Source of the DNA: an uncultured Bacteroidales bacterium
Lineage (GTDB): Bacteria > Bacteroidota > Bacteroidia > Bacteroidales > Paludibacteraceae
Reading direction: 5' to 3'
DNA: 64,000 bases
Assembly: GCA_946403215.1 (NCBI GenBank)
Contig: CAMIZG010000004.1
Coordinates: 7,454-71,453, forward strand
Shown: positions 43,735-53,475 of the stretch, one piece after another
How positions within the stretch are numbered: position 1 is the stretch's first letter
Layout of the letters: each line of letters begins with the position of its first letter
Position numbers and translations under genes: made by a program
The notes under the pieces: generated by a model
Databases searched by the model: none
Told to the model about the DNA's origin: nothing
What the model saw: the letters and a program-made list of their open reading frames with translations, nothing else

Positions 43735-44763
43735 TCATTGAACGATATTTCCTTGCAGGTCATACAGGTTCTCACCGCGGCGGATGAGCAGTATTCCGTC
43801 ACGCAGCACTTTCTGATAGCTGACTGCTGACTGCTGATAGTTGACTGCCGACTGCTGCTCGGGTTCAATATTCTCTGACGGCACATTGCTCTGGAACGAC
43901 TCGCCGGCATCGCCGCGCTGGTAGATACGTATCCAGTCTATGTACATCGAGCGCGGACCGTCAGCCAGAGCCGTAATCTTGTTCACGTCAAATATACCCG
44001 GGAAGTTGCCGCCCACAGCAAGGTTGGCAATGATAAAGTTCGGCTTGCCGAAAACTATACTGCGGTCATAATTGGGGTCATCGTTGGGCTCGAGGTCGGC
44101 ATGGAAATAAGCCTCCATCTCAGGATGCTCGTCTTTGTCCATATACATGTCGATGGATGTCGGTGTCCAGAACATGGTCAGAATGTGGAAGTCATCTTCC
44201 ACCGAATATGGCCATGTGACGGATTTCGCATCACTCCACACGGCGTCCCACTTTGCACCGACATGCATCGCACCGTTGAAGTAACGGTCCTGCGTACCTT
44301 TGTTGAACGCGTTCTGATGCCCGAGTTCGATAATGTCCGTCTCGCCGCAACGGGGCCAGCCTACCTGGTCGAAGTTGTTGCCCATCTGCCAGAATGCAGG
44401 CCACAGGCCATTGGCTGTTTGCGGGAACTTGATACGCGCCTCTATCTTGCCGAAGGTATAGTAGAGTTTGCCTTTGCTGTTCACGCGACCGGAGGTGCAG
44501 CCCTTGCCTTGGTACTGCTCCTTGGTGGCGGTCAGGATGAGACAATGCTTGCCGCTGGCAGGCTCTACGCCCATACTCACGCCTTTCGTGCAGTAGTACT
44601 GCAACTCATTGTTGCCGCCGCCGTCACCGTTGACCTCGATGTTCCAGCATGCAGGCAGTTCGGAGGACGTGAAGTCCATATTCCAGACGAGTTGGTAGTC
44701 TTGTGCATGCGCACACACACATGCAATCATTAAGGATGTAAACAGAGTGTAGAGTTTTCGCAT
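43735..44763 (-). CDS. GH16 beta-1,3-glucanase with QQSAVSYQ linker and short C-terminal tag
   Basis: 342 aa with a type-I signal peptide (CAHAQD) and catalytic GETDIIELGH. C-terminus is EQQSAVNYQQSAVSYQKVLRDGILLIRRGENLYDLQGNIVQ. Confidence 0.85.
   Translation of the reverse strand: MRKLYTLFTSLMIACVCAHAQDYQLVWNMDFTSSELPACWNIEVNGDGGGNNELQYYCTKGVSMGVEPASGKHCLILTATKEQYQGKGCTSGRVNSKGKLYYTFGKIEARIKFPQTANGLWPAFWQMGNNFDQVGWPRCGETDIIELGHQNAFNKGTQDRYFNGAMHVGAKWDAVWSDAKSVTWPYSVEDDFHILTMFWTPTSIDMYMDKDEHPEMEAYFHADLEPNDDPNYDRSIVFGKPNFIIANLAVGGNFPGIFDVNKITALADGPRSMYIDWIRIYQRGDAGESFQSNVPSENIEPEQQSAVNYQQSAVSYQKVLRDGILLIRRGENLYDLQGNIVQ
43813..43854. repeat. 42-bp element of six phased heptanucleotides inside the GH16 ORF
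   Basis: Plus strand reads CTGATAG CTGACTG CTGACTG CTGATAG TTGACTG CCGACTG. It ends exactly where the C-terminal tag coding begins (43812). Confidence 0.8.
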
Positions 44764-44775
44764 AGTTGTTGAATT

Positions 44776-46323
44776 TTATTGCAATTTTAACCAACTGAAA
44801 TTGACGTTTCCTCCAGATACGAGTCGTAGTGTGTGTTTGCCCTTCGTCATTGTCAGAGGCACCTCTTGCGCTGCCCACTTCGATTGATTCCACTGCAACT
44901 GTACCTGTGCAGCCTCGTTGCCGTCCACACAAATGGTCAACGGTGATCCGACTACCCCTTGATAACGAATACGCAAAGACTGTATATCGCTCGCGGCATC
45001 AATCCGGTACTCCACCCAGTTGCCACTAATAAGGCTCGTAATCATAAGCACCCCGGAATCCTCAGTTGAGGGACGAAGATGCGGAGCAGGCTCGAAATTT
45101 CCATTACGTATCGTCTCTGCCGCCGAACTGTTAGAATATGTGTTTGCCAATATCGGAGCGGCTGACGACAGCCATACAGTCTTGTCAAACGAAGTCAATC
45201 CGGCATATACCTCACCTTGCGGGGAAAGTGCGCCGATGTCGTCTTTGCTGAGCAGTTGCATATACGGATAACTATCCACCTTTCCGCTTGCACGTGGGAT
45301 AAACCATGCATAACGCTCCACCATCGGTTCTGCTTCCAACATCACCACCGCCTCGTTCATATAATCAATCTGGGCTTCCATGCTGCCCGGAGCAGGGGAG
45401 TCCCATGAGCAGAACTCTGTCATCCAGACGGGCAGTTCGTACTTATCAAACCGGTGGAGGAAACTATACATCGCACTTGCCGACCCCATGTAGCAGTGCA
45501 ACGCAATAGCACAAACATCGCTCTTAGGTATGAGTTGAAAGAACTCATCCAACCACTTCACCGGATCAGAATAGCCGGCAAGTGTTCCGTAGTTCATCGC
45601 CGGCGAAACGATCTTCAAACCAAGTTCCTGTGCCAATGCTTTCAATGCAGGCCACTTCTGAGCAGCCTGCTGAGGAGTCATGTTCGCTTGATCTGTCAAG
45701 TTCGGTTCGTTGAACGCAAGGATATATTCACATTGCGGATGGCTCTGTTTGTACGCTCTAATCTGCTCATCATTGACGCCGTTCCACGCCATCGGTATAT
45801 AGTCTATTTTGTATTCATCGAGCATGTCGGATATTGTGGCGGACGAGGGCTGAGAGCCCCAGTTGTAGCACCATGATATATATGGTGCCAACGCCGCCAC
45901 ATCCTCCTGAGGGAACGAGGCAAAACTGTACCCCACTCCGCGCTTCTTACTCTTTGGCAGATACTTAATTGCTCCGGATAAGTCTTCTTTCGGTTGTTCT
46001 GGTTCACCGTTGACTATAACAAAACACTCCGCCGTCACGGCTTGGTATGTTGCCTTGATCACGGCTCCGCCAGATTGTTGTGCTTGCACTATACCGCCGG
46101 ATACAAAAGCTACCGTCTGATCAGAGCTGCTCCATTTGGCTACATTGGCATCCAGCACTTGCTCGTTCCACGTGAGCGACAACTGCTGCATATCACCGAT
46201 CTCCATCTCCAGTGACTTCGGCTGGATAACCAATGTGCCTGCCGGAGTGTTCGCATTTTTGCATGCGGACACGGACATCATTGCCAATGCCAGCAAACCG
46301 ATATGTACGATAGACTTATGCAT
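44776..46323 (-). CDS. Big_2 domain + GH128 (Glyco_hydro_cc) beta-1,3-glucanase + C-terminal CBM-like domain, lipoprotein
   Basis: 515 aa with lipobox MSVSAC. It has a Big_2-like N-terminal domain and a catalytic core with KRGVGYSF, SWCYNWG, LAFNEPN and MTEFCSW. The C-terminal beta-sandwich ends NFSWLKLQ. Confidence 0.75.
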   Translation of the reverse strand: MHKSIVHIGLLALAMMSVSACKNANTPAGTLVIQPKSLEMEIGDMQQLSLTWNEQVLDANVAKWSSSDQTVAFVSGGIVQAQQSGGAVIKATYQAVTAECFVIVNGEPEQPKEDLSGAIKYLPKSKKRGVGYSFASFPQEDVAALAPYISWCYNWGSQPSSATISDMLDEYKIDYIPMAWNGVNDEQIRAYKQSHPQCEYILAFNEPNLTDQANMTPQQAAQKWPALKALAQELGLKIVSPAMNYGTLAGYSDPVKWLDEFFQLIPKSDVCAIALHCYMGSASAMYSFLHRFDKYELPVWMTEFCSWDSPAPGSMEAQIDYMNEAVVMLEAEPMVERYAWFIPRASGKVDSYPYMQLLSKDDIGALSPQGEVYAGLTSFDKTVWLSSAAPILANTYSNSSAAETIRNGNFEPAPHLRPSTEDSGVLMITSLISGNWVEYRIDAASDIQSLRIRYQGVVGSPLTICVDGNEAAQVQLQWNQSKWAAQEVPLTMTKGKHTLRLVSGGNVNFSWLKLQ

Positions 46324-47385
46324 TTACTTCATGACTTTCTGATATACACGCACCCAATCCACGTACATAATAACGGGATTATTTGTCGGGTCATTAAAGA
46401 TGTCGTCGTTTATACTGCCTCCTAATGTACCTCCTATTGCAAGATTAAGGATAAAGAACTCCTTGTCAAAGAATGGCCACGAATCAATATCTTCTTCCGC
46501 CTTTTCTGCCATAACGATGGCTGTTTGCTTACCATCCACAAAGAACTTGATAGCATCTCTATCATACGCATATAAGTGTTCCCACTCGATGCCATAAGTA
46601 TGCCACTCATTCTCCACCGAATGGTCTGCATAATAGCGTGCACTCCAGTTTCCGCCACGCATGCCGTTCTTATTATTGGTATGAACGGCATGAGAGATCA
46701 TTGTCGGTTGCGAACCGACATGCTCCATGATATCTATCTCACCTTTCTTCGGCCAACTGCCTTTGCCTTTCATCCAGAAAGCAGGCCATGTACCTCTTCC
46801 AGCAGGCAGCATCATACGCGCCTCCATTTTGCCGTAGGTGAACTCACGTTTGTTCTCTGATTTGATACGCGCAGAAGTGTATTCGCTATTAACATAATGC
46901 TCCTTGCGTGCTTCAATCTCCAAACATCCGTTCTTTACCCGCAGGTTTTCCTGCCGATCGGTGTAATATTGTTTCTCTTGATTACCCCAGCCACCGTTAC
47001 CGGTACCGATTTCAATAGTCCAGTTCGTGAGATCCAGAGCTGTTCCGTCGAACTCATCTTGCCACACAAGTTCGTAGTCACCCAGATAGGTGCCCCCCTC
47101 TTGGGTAACATACACATCCGCTGTTCCTGTTGATTCTCCTTTTTGGGCGGTAATAACAGCGTGACCTTCTTTCAAAGCTTCTACGATACCACCTGATACA
47201 GTCGCCACCGCCTCATCAGAACTGCTCCATGACGCATTTCCTGTTGACACTTGCAAGGTTTGGACATCCCCCACCGTCATAAACACAGCATTAGGAGTAA
47301 TGCGTACAGTTTCCGTTACTTCCTTTCCTTTGCATGCAGCCAAGAGGATTACGAGGCTGACGATCAATACATGTTTCACTTTCAT
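46324..47385 (-). CDS. Big_2 domain + GH16 laminarinase, lipoprotein
   Basis: 353 aa with lipobox LLAAC and catalytic GEIDIMEHVG. WPAFWM and YVDWVRVYQ are typical of GH16. Confidence 0.85.
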   Translation of the reverse strand: MKVKHVLIVSLVILLAACKGKEVTETVRITPNAVFMTVGDVQTLQVSTGNASWSSSDEAVATVSGGIVEALKEGHAVITAQKGESTGTADVYVTQEGGTYLGDYELVWQDEFDGTALDLTNWTIEIGTGNGGWGNQEKQYYTDRQENLRVKNGCLEIEARKEHYVNSEYTSARIKSENKREFTYGKMEARMMLPAGRGTWPAFWMKGKGSWPKKGEIDIMEHVGSQPTMISHAVHTNNKNGMRGGNWSARYYADHSVENEWHTYGIEWEHLYAYDRDAIKFFVDGKQTAIVMAEKAEEDIDSWPFFDKEFFILNLAIGGTLGGSINDDIFNDPTNNPVIMYVDWVRVYQKVMK

Positions 47386-47412
47386 AATTGTGTATTGTTT
47401 GAATAATTAGAA

Positions 47413-47440
47413 CCTAATGGGGCGATCAAACCCCATTAGG
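47413..47440 (-). terminator. Strong intra-operon hairpin after the SGBP gene (attenuator or processing site)
   Basis: Perfect 10-bp inverted repeat CCTAATGGGG (47413-47422) / CCCCATTAGG (47431-47440) with an 8-nt loop. The T-tail on the minus strand is weak. Confidence 0.4.
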
Positions 47441-47451
47441 CGAAAGTAAAC

Positions 47452-48462
47452 TTACTTCTTATAGATGAAGCAGGCATCGTATTGCAGACTTGCACCAACC
47501 TGGCCTCCACTTACGAATCCGAGTACGTAAAGTTGCGATTTAATATTGCTGTTGAATACCAGCCCCTTGTTGGTAAATACAGTCATCGGAACATCAATCT
47601 CCTGCCATGAACCATCACGTGTGAAATATACGTCGCAGTCATGACCCTCAAAATCCTTACCGCCTTCGGTTGCTCCAATAATCAGGTCAACCTCAGTGGT
47701 ACCATAAAGACGGAAGTGGTGTGACTTGTCATCCGTTGACTTCATAGCAATATGGAAATAGTAATCTTGCGGAGCCTGCATGATTTTGTCAAGCAAAGCA
47801 TTGTCTGCGTTCGCCAGCTCGCTATTCTCCGGATTAACGCAACGGATACCACCACCAGACCAACCTTGCGGAGCTACTACAGTAAAGGATACCCATCCTT
47901 CTGCTTCGCCATAGAAGTTCGCACCAGTTGTATTTCCTGCTGCATAGGTCTCACCTGTTGCCCATACATCTATGAACGAGTGATCGCTCGGGCGATAGTC
48001 TGCTACGACAACACTTGACGGCAGTTTTCCAAATGAAGTCTCATCCAATTGGAACAAGAAGTACTCGCTACCCTTCAGTGATACATGACGGTTCTCATCA
48101 CCTCCGCCACCTTGGCCTCCGCCTTCGCCACCTTCGCCACCTTCACCGCCTTCACTACTTTTAGCGGTAACAGTAACCATAGCAGAGAGTTCTACTTCAC
48201 CAACCTTAGCGGTGATGATAGCATTTCCTGCCTTAACAGCGGTTACAAGACCCTTCTGGTCAACAGTAGCCACTTCTGCCTTGTTAGAAGACCATTCAGC
48301 GGTAGCTTCCGGAGTGATGGCGAGTTGGAAAGTCTCACCCTCAACAATCGATACCTGGGTCTGGTTCAGCTTGTAAGCATCCGGAGTCTCTTTCTCGTTC
48401 TTGCAAGCAGAAAAACCTACCAGTGTCAGCGCTGCAAGCGCTACAGCAAATAATTTTTTCAT
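47452..48462 (-). CDS. Surface glycan-binding lipoprotein (SGBP): Big_2 domain, Gly/Glu linker, beta-sandwich domain
   Basis: 336 aa with lipobox GFSAC, positioned immediately after SusD. It has a Big_2-like N-terminal domain. The linker SEGGEGGEGGEGGGQGGGGDEN is encoded by 9-bp repeats (about 48100-48150). Confidence 0.65.
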   Translation of the reverse strand: MKKLFAVALAALTLVGFSACKNEKETPDAYKLNQTQVSIVEGETFQLAITPEATAEWSSNKAEVATVDQKGLVTAVKAGNAIITAKVGEVELSAMVTVTAKSSEGGEGGEGGEGGGQGGGGDENRHVSLKGSEYFLFQLDETSFGKLPSSVVVADYRPSDHSFIDVWATGETYAAGNTTGANFYGEAEGWVSFTVVAPQGWSGGGIRCVNPENSELANADNALLDKIMQAPQDYYFHIAMKSTDDKSHHFRLYGTTEVDLIIGATEGGKDFEGHDCDVYFTRDGSWQEIDVPMTVFTNKGLVFNSNIKSQLYVLGFVSGGQVGASLQYDACFIYKK

Positions 48463-48521
48463 GATTTGTTTTGTTTTGATTGTTAGTAAAATTTGTTAAT
48501 CACAAACGATTAAGTTTGTAT

Positions 48522-50165
48522 TTAGTTATATTGCGGATTCTGTGTCAATGCAGGATTCAGTTCGCGTTGTTTGGACGGAATCGGGAAAAGTTCATGTTTT
48601 CCCTCCACGAATGCAGCCATCTGCTCCTGTGCCTTGATTGTCTCGGTAGCCTTGTACGCGTCCATGTGTGCCTTCACGCCCGTGCCATCTAGTCCGTTCC
48701 AGCGAACGATGTCGAACCAGCGGTGTCCCTCCATTGCCAGTTCCACACGGCGCTCGTGACGAACGGCTTGCAGGATAGTAGGACTCGCTACCTCCACTCC
48801 GTTAACCTTGAATGCGTATCCCGGATAGGTTGACATGCCACGTATCGAACGAATCTGATTGAGGTCATTGATAGCAAGATTGCTCACACCTGCGCCAATA
48901 CAAGCCTCAGCATGCATCAACAGCACGTCTGCATAACGGATGATTGTATTGTTGATCTCACCACGTGTGGCGTGACCTAACTTCGCATACTCCGTACCGG
49001 TTGCATTCAGGTACAACGCACGTTTGCGGCTTACGTAACGGCAACCCAGATAAATCTCTTCATTGGGGTTCTCTATCAAGCTGTCCAGCGGATTGAGGAT
49101 CGTAATATCACGGCGTATATCGCCCGGTTCATACTCGTCGTAGAGGTTCTGGGTCGGCTTATTGAAGCCCCATCCACCACCTAGCAAGGACGAACGCGAA
49201 CGAGTCAGAATAACCGAGAACGTACCGCGCGTAGCACCGAAGCCGCCTGCGTCTGCACCATAGTCGGAGGTCTCCTCTTCCATGTACTGCACTTCGAACA
49301 CCGACTCCGGACCGTTCTCGCCCTCCAGCGTGAACAGATTTGCATAGTCCGCTACCAAGGAGTACTCGCCGGACGCGATGATACTATCGCCCCAAGCCTT
49401 GGCGGCTTCATAGCATTCAGCGGAACTCATGTTGACCTGTTTGTTCCAGTAATCTCCAGCCATATAGAGATAGGTCTTGAGCAACATAGCCTGCGCTGCG
49501 CCCTTGGTAGCGCGTCCCAGATCCTCTGCCGGATACTGCGAGCGAAGCCAGAGTGTGGCATTAGCTGCTTCCAGATCGGCGATGATAGCCTTGAATACAT
49601 CATTCACCGAAGCACGCTCCAGTGACCAGCCATCCGTGCCGTCGATGACATCCAGCGTGAGAGGTACTCCACCGAAGATACGCAACAAACGGAAGTAATA
49701 CATCGCGCGTAGGAAATGCGCCTCACCCAGCAGACGATTCTTTAGACGCTCATTCATAACCGAGTCGGTAGTCACTGTCGGGATATACTTCAACGATAGG
49801 TTGCAACGACCTACGCCCAAGAAGTTGGCACGGTAAATGTCATTCAACATATCGTTGTTGGAGATAGTTTTCCAGTTCTCCATATCGTAGGCATTGGCCA
49901 TATCGTTGAGGTTCTGTCCACCTTTGAGCGCGTCATCGCTGACTATATCACCGATGAACCACTCCGAGCAATACGTCACCGCATACTCCCACTGCAGGGG
50001 CACGTAGTCTGCATTGACATTGTTAATACAGGCCTGACCACTGGAGAAGAAATCCTCCGCCGTATCCGTTGCCGGATTTTGAGCCGTCAAGTAGTCCTTA
50101 CAACCGGTGAGCACAAGTACGGAGGTCAGAATACTGATTACAGATAATTTATATACGTTTTTCAT
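48522..50165 (-). CDS. SusD/RagB-family outer-membrane lipoprotein
   Basis: The ATG at 50165 gives MKNVYKLSVISILTSVLVLTGC (lipobox). Motifs LGEAHFLRAMYYFRLLRIFGGVP and RRVELAMEGHRWFDIVRW are present. Confidence 0.9.
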   Translation of the reverse strand: MKNVYKLSVISILTSVLVLTGCKDYLTAQNPATDTAEDFFSSGQACINNVNADYVPLQWEYAVTYCSEWFIGDIVSDDALKGGQNLNDMANAYDMENWKTISNNDMLNDIYRANFLGVGRCNLSLKYIPTVTTDSVMNERLKNRLLGEAHFLRAMYYFRLLRIFGGVPLTLDVIDGTDGWSLERASVNDVFKAIIADLEAANATLWLRSQYPAEDLGRATKGAAQAMLLKTYLYMAGDYWNKQVNMSSAECYEAAKAWGDSIIASGEYSLVADYANLFTLEGENGPESVFEVQYMEEETSDYGADAGGFGATRGTFSVILTRSRSSLLGGGWGFNKPTQNLYDEYEPGDIRRDITILNPLDSLIENPNEEIYLGCRYVSRKRALYLNATGTEYAKLGHATRGEINNTIIRYADVLLMHAEACIGAGVSNLAINDLNQIRSIRGMSTYPGYAFKVNGVEVASPTILQAVRHERRVELAMEGHRWFDIVRWNGLDGTGVKAHMDAYKATETIKAQEQMAAFVEGKHELFPIPSKQRELNPALTQNPQYN

Positions 50166-50185
50166 AATCATTCTCCTTTCCATCA

Positions 50186-53100
50186 TTAGAAATTAAGGTT
50201 AACACCAAAAGTCCACGTGCGGCTTTGCGGATAGTTGCCGTAATCGACACCGCTACCCACCTCAGGATCGAAACCTGAATACTTAGTGGCTGTCAACAGG
50301 TTGCTTCCGCTCACGTAAACTCGGGCACGTTGGATATGAGCTTTCTCCGTATATTGCTTAGGAATCGTATAACCGATTTGCAGGTTCTTCAGGCGGAAAT
50401 ACGAAGCGTCTTCCACGAAACGTGAAGAGTTTTCATTGTTGCTCGGTGCGCCTACCGGGTTCGGCAGAGCATCCGCACTGCGGTTCTCCAGATTCATCCA
50501 GTTGATACCCTTGTTCTGCAAGGCATCACGCACGAGGTCAGTGTAGCCGATCCAGACGTTGTTCATCGCGGTGGAGAGAGTCATCTCATCACCTGCGCCT
50601 TCCGTAACATGACGCAATGCATTATATACATCCACGTCTGCCACGCCCTGGAAGAACACCTGTACATCCACGCCGTAGAAGTCCAGACCAAGGTTCAGAC
50701 CATACGTGAATGCCGGGAATGGGTTACCGACCATCTTCTTGTCGTTGTCGTCAATCTTGCCATCGCCGTTCAGATCTTTGTACTTCGCATCACCGGCATG
50801 AACACCGATGGTGGATGCATCGTACGAATAGAGGTGCGCCAACGCCTCCTCATCCGAGGTATAGACGCCTTCATATTCATATCCCCAGAAAGCGCGCAAA
50901 GGCAATCCCTCGGTAATAATTACACGGTCATCATAGTAGGTCGAGCCGCCATTCAGTTTCGTCAACTCGTTCTTGATCCATGAGAAGTTACCACCGATGC
51001 TATAATGCACCGGACCAACTTTGTTCTCGTGATTCAACACGATTTCCACACCTTGGTTACGGATATTACCAACATTCTTTACCATTGGGAACTGTGAACC
51101 TGCATGCGCCGGAGCCGGAACATACAGCAAGGCATCCTTCGTATCACGCAGGAAGTAGTCGATCGAGCCGCTCAACTTGCCGTTCCAGAATCCGAAGTCG
51201 ATACCTGCATCCCACTGCTCGTTGGTCTCCCAACGACCATCTTGGTTGACATACGTAGTGATGGTGGCACCTTTGACGTTCACTGCCGGATTACCCAACA
51301 CGTAACTGGAGAAATATGTCCCGTCTGCTATCGCGAGCACGAAATCGTTCTCGTTAACGCCGTCGTTACCTACCTGTCCCCAACCGGCACGAAGTTTTAG
51401 GTTATCCAGCCAAGGCAACTCTCTGTCCTTGATGAAGTGCTCCTCACTCAATCGCCATGCTAATGCCACGGAAGGGAAGACCCCCCATGGGTTCTTTTTG
51501 AACTTACTACTACCGTCAGCACGGAAGTTGGCGGTAATCATGTACCGACTGTCGTAGCTGTAGAATGCACGAGCCAAGAATGACAGACGGCGTTGACGAT
51601 CCACGTCATCCGAAGCAGGAGTAATATCCTCCGTTGCTTTCTTCAAGTACCAGTTCTCCTCAATAGGATTCAAGATGGTGGCACCGGCACCACCCATAGT
51701 ATAGTAGTTATATTCCGACCACGTCTGACCGGCCATGATTGAGAAGTTATGCTTGCCTATCTCGCGGGCGTAGGTCAGCGTAGTCTCTTCCAGCAAGGTG
51801 TTATAGCGCTTGATAGAACTGGACACGTAATTCTTCTCGCGTTTGTCATAGTTGCTATGCACGTATGCATTGCCGTAACCGCGCTCACGGTTGATGCTAT
51901 TGTCTATACTTATTGACGAACGTAGTTTCAAGCCTTTGATCGGGGTAATCTCCAGAAATATATCGCCGACCCAGCGGTTTGCGGTCTTACTCGGGAAGTT
52001 CTCCTCTAGAATAGAGAACGGGTTATACACATTCTTGAAGTTCGACGAAGCAGATACGTTACCGCTCAGGTTTTCGCCAAGTTTGTTCTCACAGCCCTCG
52101 GGATAATGTGTCGGATCCCATGGAGCCATGCGCAACGACTGGCTCAACACACCGGCATTGGCATTATTGTTCGAGGCGTCATTCGTGGTCCAGTTCGTCA
52201 TGAAGCTCAAATGCTCACCTATCTTCAACCATTTGAAGACCTCGTAATCCGAGTTGAGACGCAAAGTCAGACGTTTGTAGTCAGATCCCTTCAGCGTACC
52301 GTCTTGTCCGAAGTAGGATGCGGAGAAACTATAATGTCCCTTGTCGTTACCACCGTCAACTGATAGGTTGTAGTTATGAATAAACGCATTCTTACGGAAC
52401 ACCTCATCCTGCCAATCGGTGTTTACTGACGAATAATCAAATCCGTCAGGATACTTCTGCGTCTGTACTTTCGGATAGAACGGACTGTTGCCTGTATTAT
52501 AGGCTGCCATCCACTCGTTGAAGCCCTTGTTGTAGTACATATCCAACGCATCCGCACCGTTCTTCATCGCATCAATAGCCAATTTCTTCTCTGCCATCGA
52601 ATGCGAATCCATCAGGCTCAACTTGTGCCAACGGTTCTGCAGACCCCAGTAAGCATCAAATGAGACGTTGGCTTTACCCTCGCCACCTGACTTGGTGGTA
52701 ATCAGTATCACACCGTTCGCGCCGCGGCTACCGTAGATCGCCGTTGCCGAAGCATCCTTCAGGATCTCCATCGACTGAATGTCATTCGGAGCCAGGAACG
52801 AGATGTCACTGGTGATAACTCCGTCCACTACATACAACGGATCATTGCCGCCGAGAGCAGAACCGATACCACGGATACGGATCTTTGCCGCAGCACCCGG
52901 CGTACCGTTGTCGCTGTTCACTGTCACACCGGCAGCTCTACCTTGCAAAGCTTGATCCAGACCGGCTGCAGGCGTCTTTGTCAGCTGATCCGCCTTCACC
53001 GAGGTGACTGCACCTGTCAAGTCAGACTTTTTCATCGTACCATAACCAACGGCTACGACCTCCTCCAGCATCACGTTGTCGGGCTGGAGAGTGATGCGCA

Positions 53101-53356
53101 TAGGCGAAGCAAGCGCCTTGACTTCTTGGGATTTGTAACCCATGTACGAAACCACCAGCACATCGCCCACGTTGGCCTGCAACTCAAAGTTGCCGTCGAA
53201 ATCCGTGATTGTACCGTTGGTCGTACCTTTCACCATGATATTTGCACCGATAACGGGGTCGGGTTCACCTTCCGCCATCACCACGCCGGTGATAACATCC
53301 GCATGAACAGCGACCGCTGCAAATACCACTGCACAAAACAAGAGTAGTTTTTTCAT
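50186..53356 (-). CDS. SusC-like TonB-dependent transporter
   Basis: 1056 aa. It has a signal peptide, a carboxypeptidase-regulatory-like domain (GVVMAEGEPDPVIGANIMVKGTTNGTITDFDGNF), a plug, and a barrel ending FGVNLNF. Confidence 0.9.
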   Translation of the reverse strand: MKKLLLFCAVVFAAVAVHADVITGVVMAEGEPDPVIGANIMVKGTTNGTITDFDGNFELQANVGDVLVVSYMGYKSQEVKALASPMRITLQPDNVMLEEVVAVGYGTMKKSDLTGAVTSVKADQLTKTPAAGLDQALQGRAAGVTVNSDNGTPGAAAKIRIRGIGSALGGNDPLYVVDGVITSDISFLAPNDIQSMEILKDASATAIYGSRGANGVILITTKSGGEGKANVSFDAYWGLQNRWHKLSLMDSHSMAEKKLAIDAMKNGADALDMYYNKGFNEWMAAYNTGNSPFYPKVQTQKYPDGFDYSSVNTDWQDEVFRKNAFIHNYNLSVDGGNDKGHYSFSASYFGQDGTLKGSDYKRLTLRLNSDYEVFKWLKIGEHLSFMTNWTTNDASNNNANAGVLSQSLRMAPWDPTHYPEGCENKLGENLSGNVSASSNFKNVYNPFSILEENFPSKTANRWVGDIFLEITPIKGLKLRSSISIDNSINRERGYGNAYVHSNYDKREKNYVSSSIKRYNTLLEETTLTYAREIGKHNFSIMAGQTWSEYNYYTMGGAGATILNPIEENWYLKKATEDITPASDDVDRQRRLSFLARAFYSYDSRYMITANFRADGSSKFKKNPWGVFPSVALAWRLSEEHFIKDRELPWLDNLKLRAGWGQVGNDGVNENDFVLAIADGTYFSSYVLGNPAVNVKGATITTYVNQDGRWETNEQWDAGIDFGFWNGKLSGSIDYFLRDTKDALLYVPAPAHAGSQFPMVKNVGNIRNQGVEIVLNHENKVGPVHYSIGGNFSWIKNELTKLNGGSTYYDDRVIITEGLPLRAFWGYEYEGVYTSDEEALAHLYSYDASTIGVHAGDAKYKDLNGDGKIDDNDKKMVGNPFPAFTYGLNLGLDFYGVDVQVFFQGVADVDVYNALRHVTEGAGDEMTLSTAMNNVWIGYTDLVRDALQNKGINWMNLENRSADALPNPVGAPSNNENSSRFVEDASYFRLKNLQIGYTIPKQYTEKAHIQRARVYVSGSNLLTATKYSGFDPEVGSGVDYGNYPQSRTWTFGVNLNF

Positions 53357-53395
53357 GTAGAATATGATTTTGTGTTGTAAGTATTAGATTCTTCA

Positions 53396-53403
53396 CAAAG
53401 GTA
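53396..53403 (-). promoter_or_regulatory. Candidate -7 promoter element for the susC/susD-led operon
   Basis: Minus-strand TACCTTTG (TAnnTTTG) lies ~40 nt upstream of the ATG at 53356. Confidence 0.4.
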
Positions 53404-53475
53404 GTCAAATTTATGCACTTTTGCAAGAAAATATACTTTTTTTTAGTTTTTTACACGTTTTTTTTCATTTTTTAC

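Noticed and set aside
48100-48150. 9-bp tandem repeats (GCCACCTTC-like) in the SGBP gene as a separate repeat element
   Set aside because: They are in frame (multiple of 3) and simply encode the GGEGGEGGE inter-domain linker, so this is ordinary linker low complexity.
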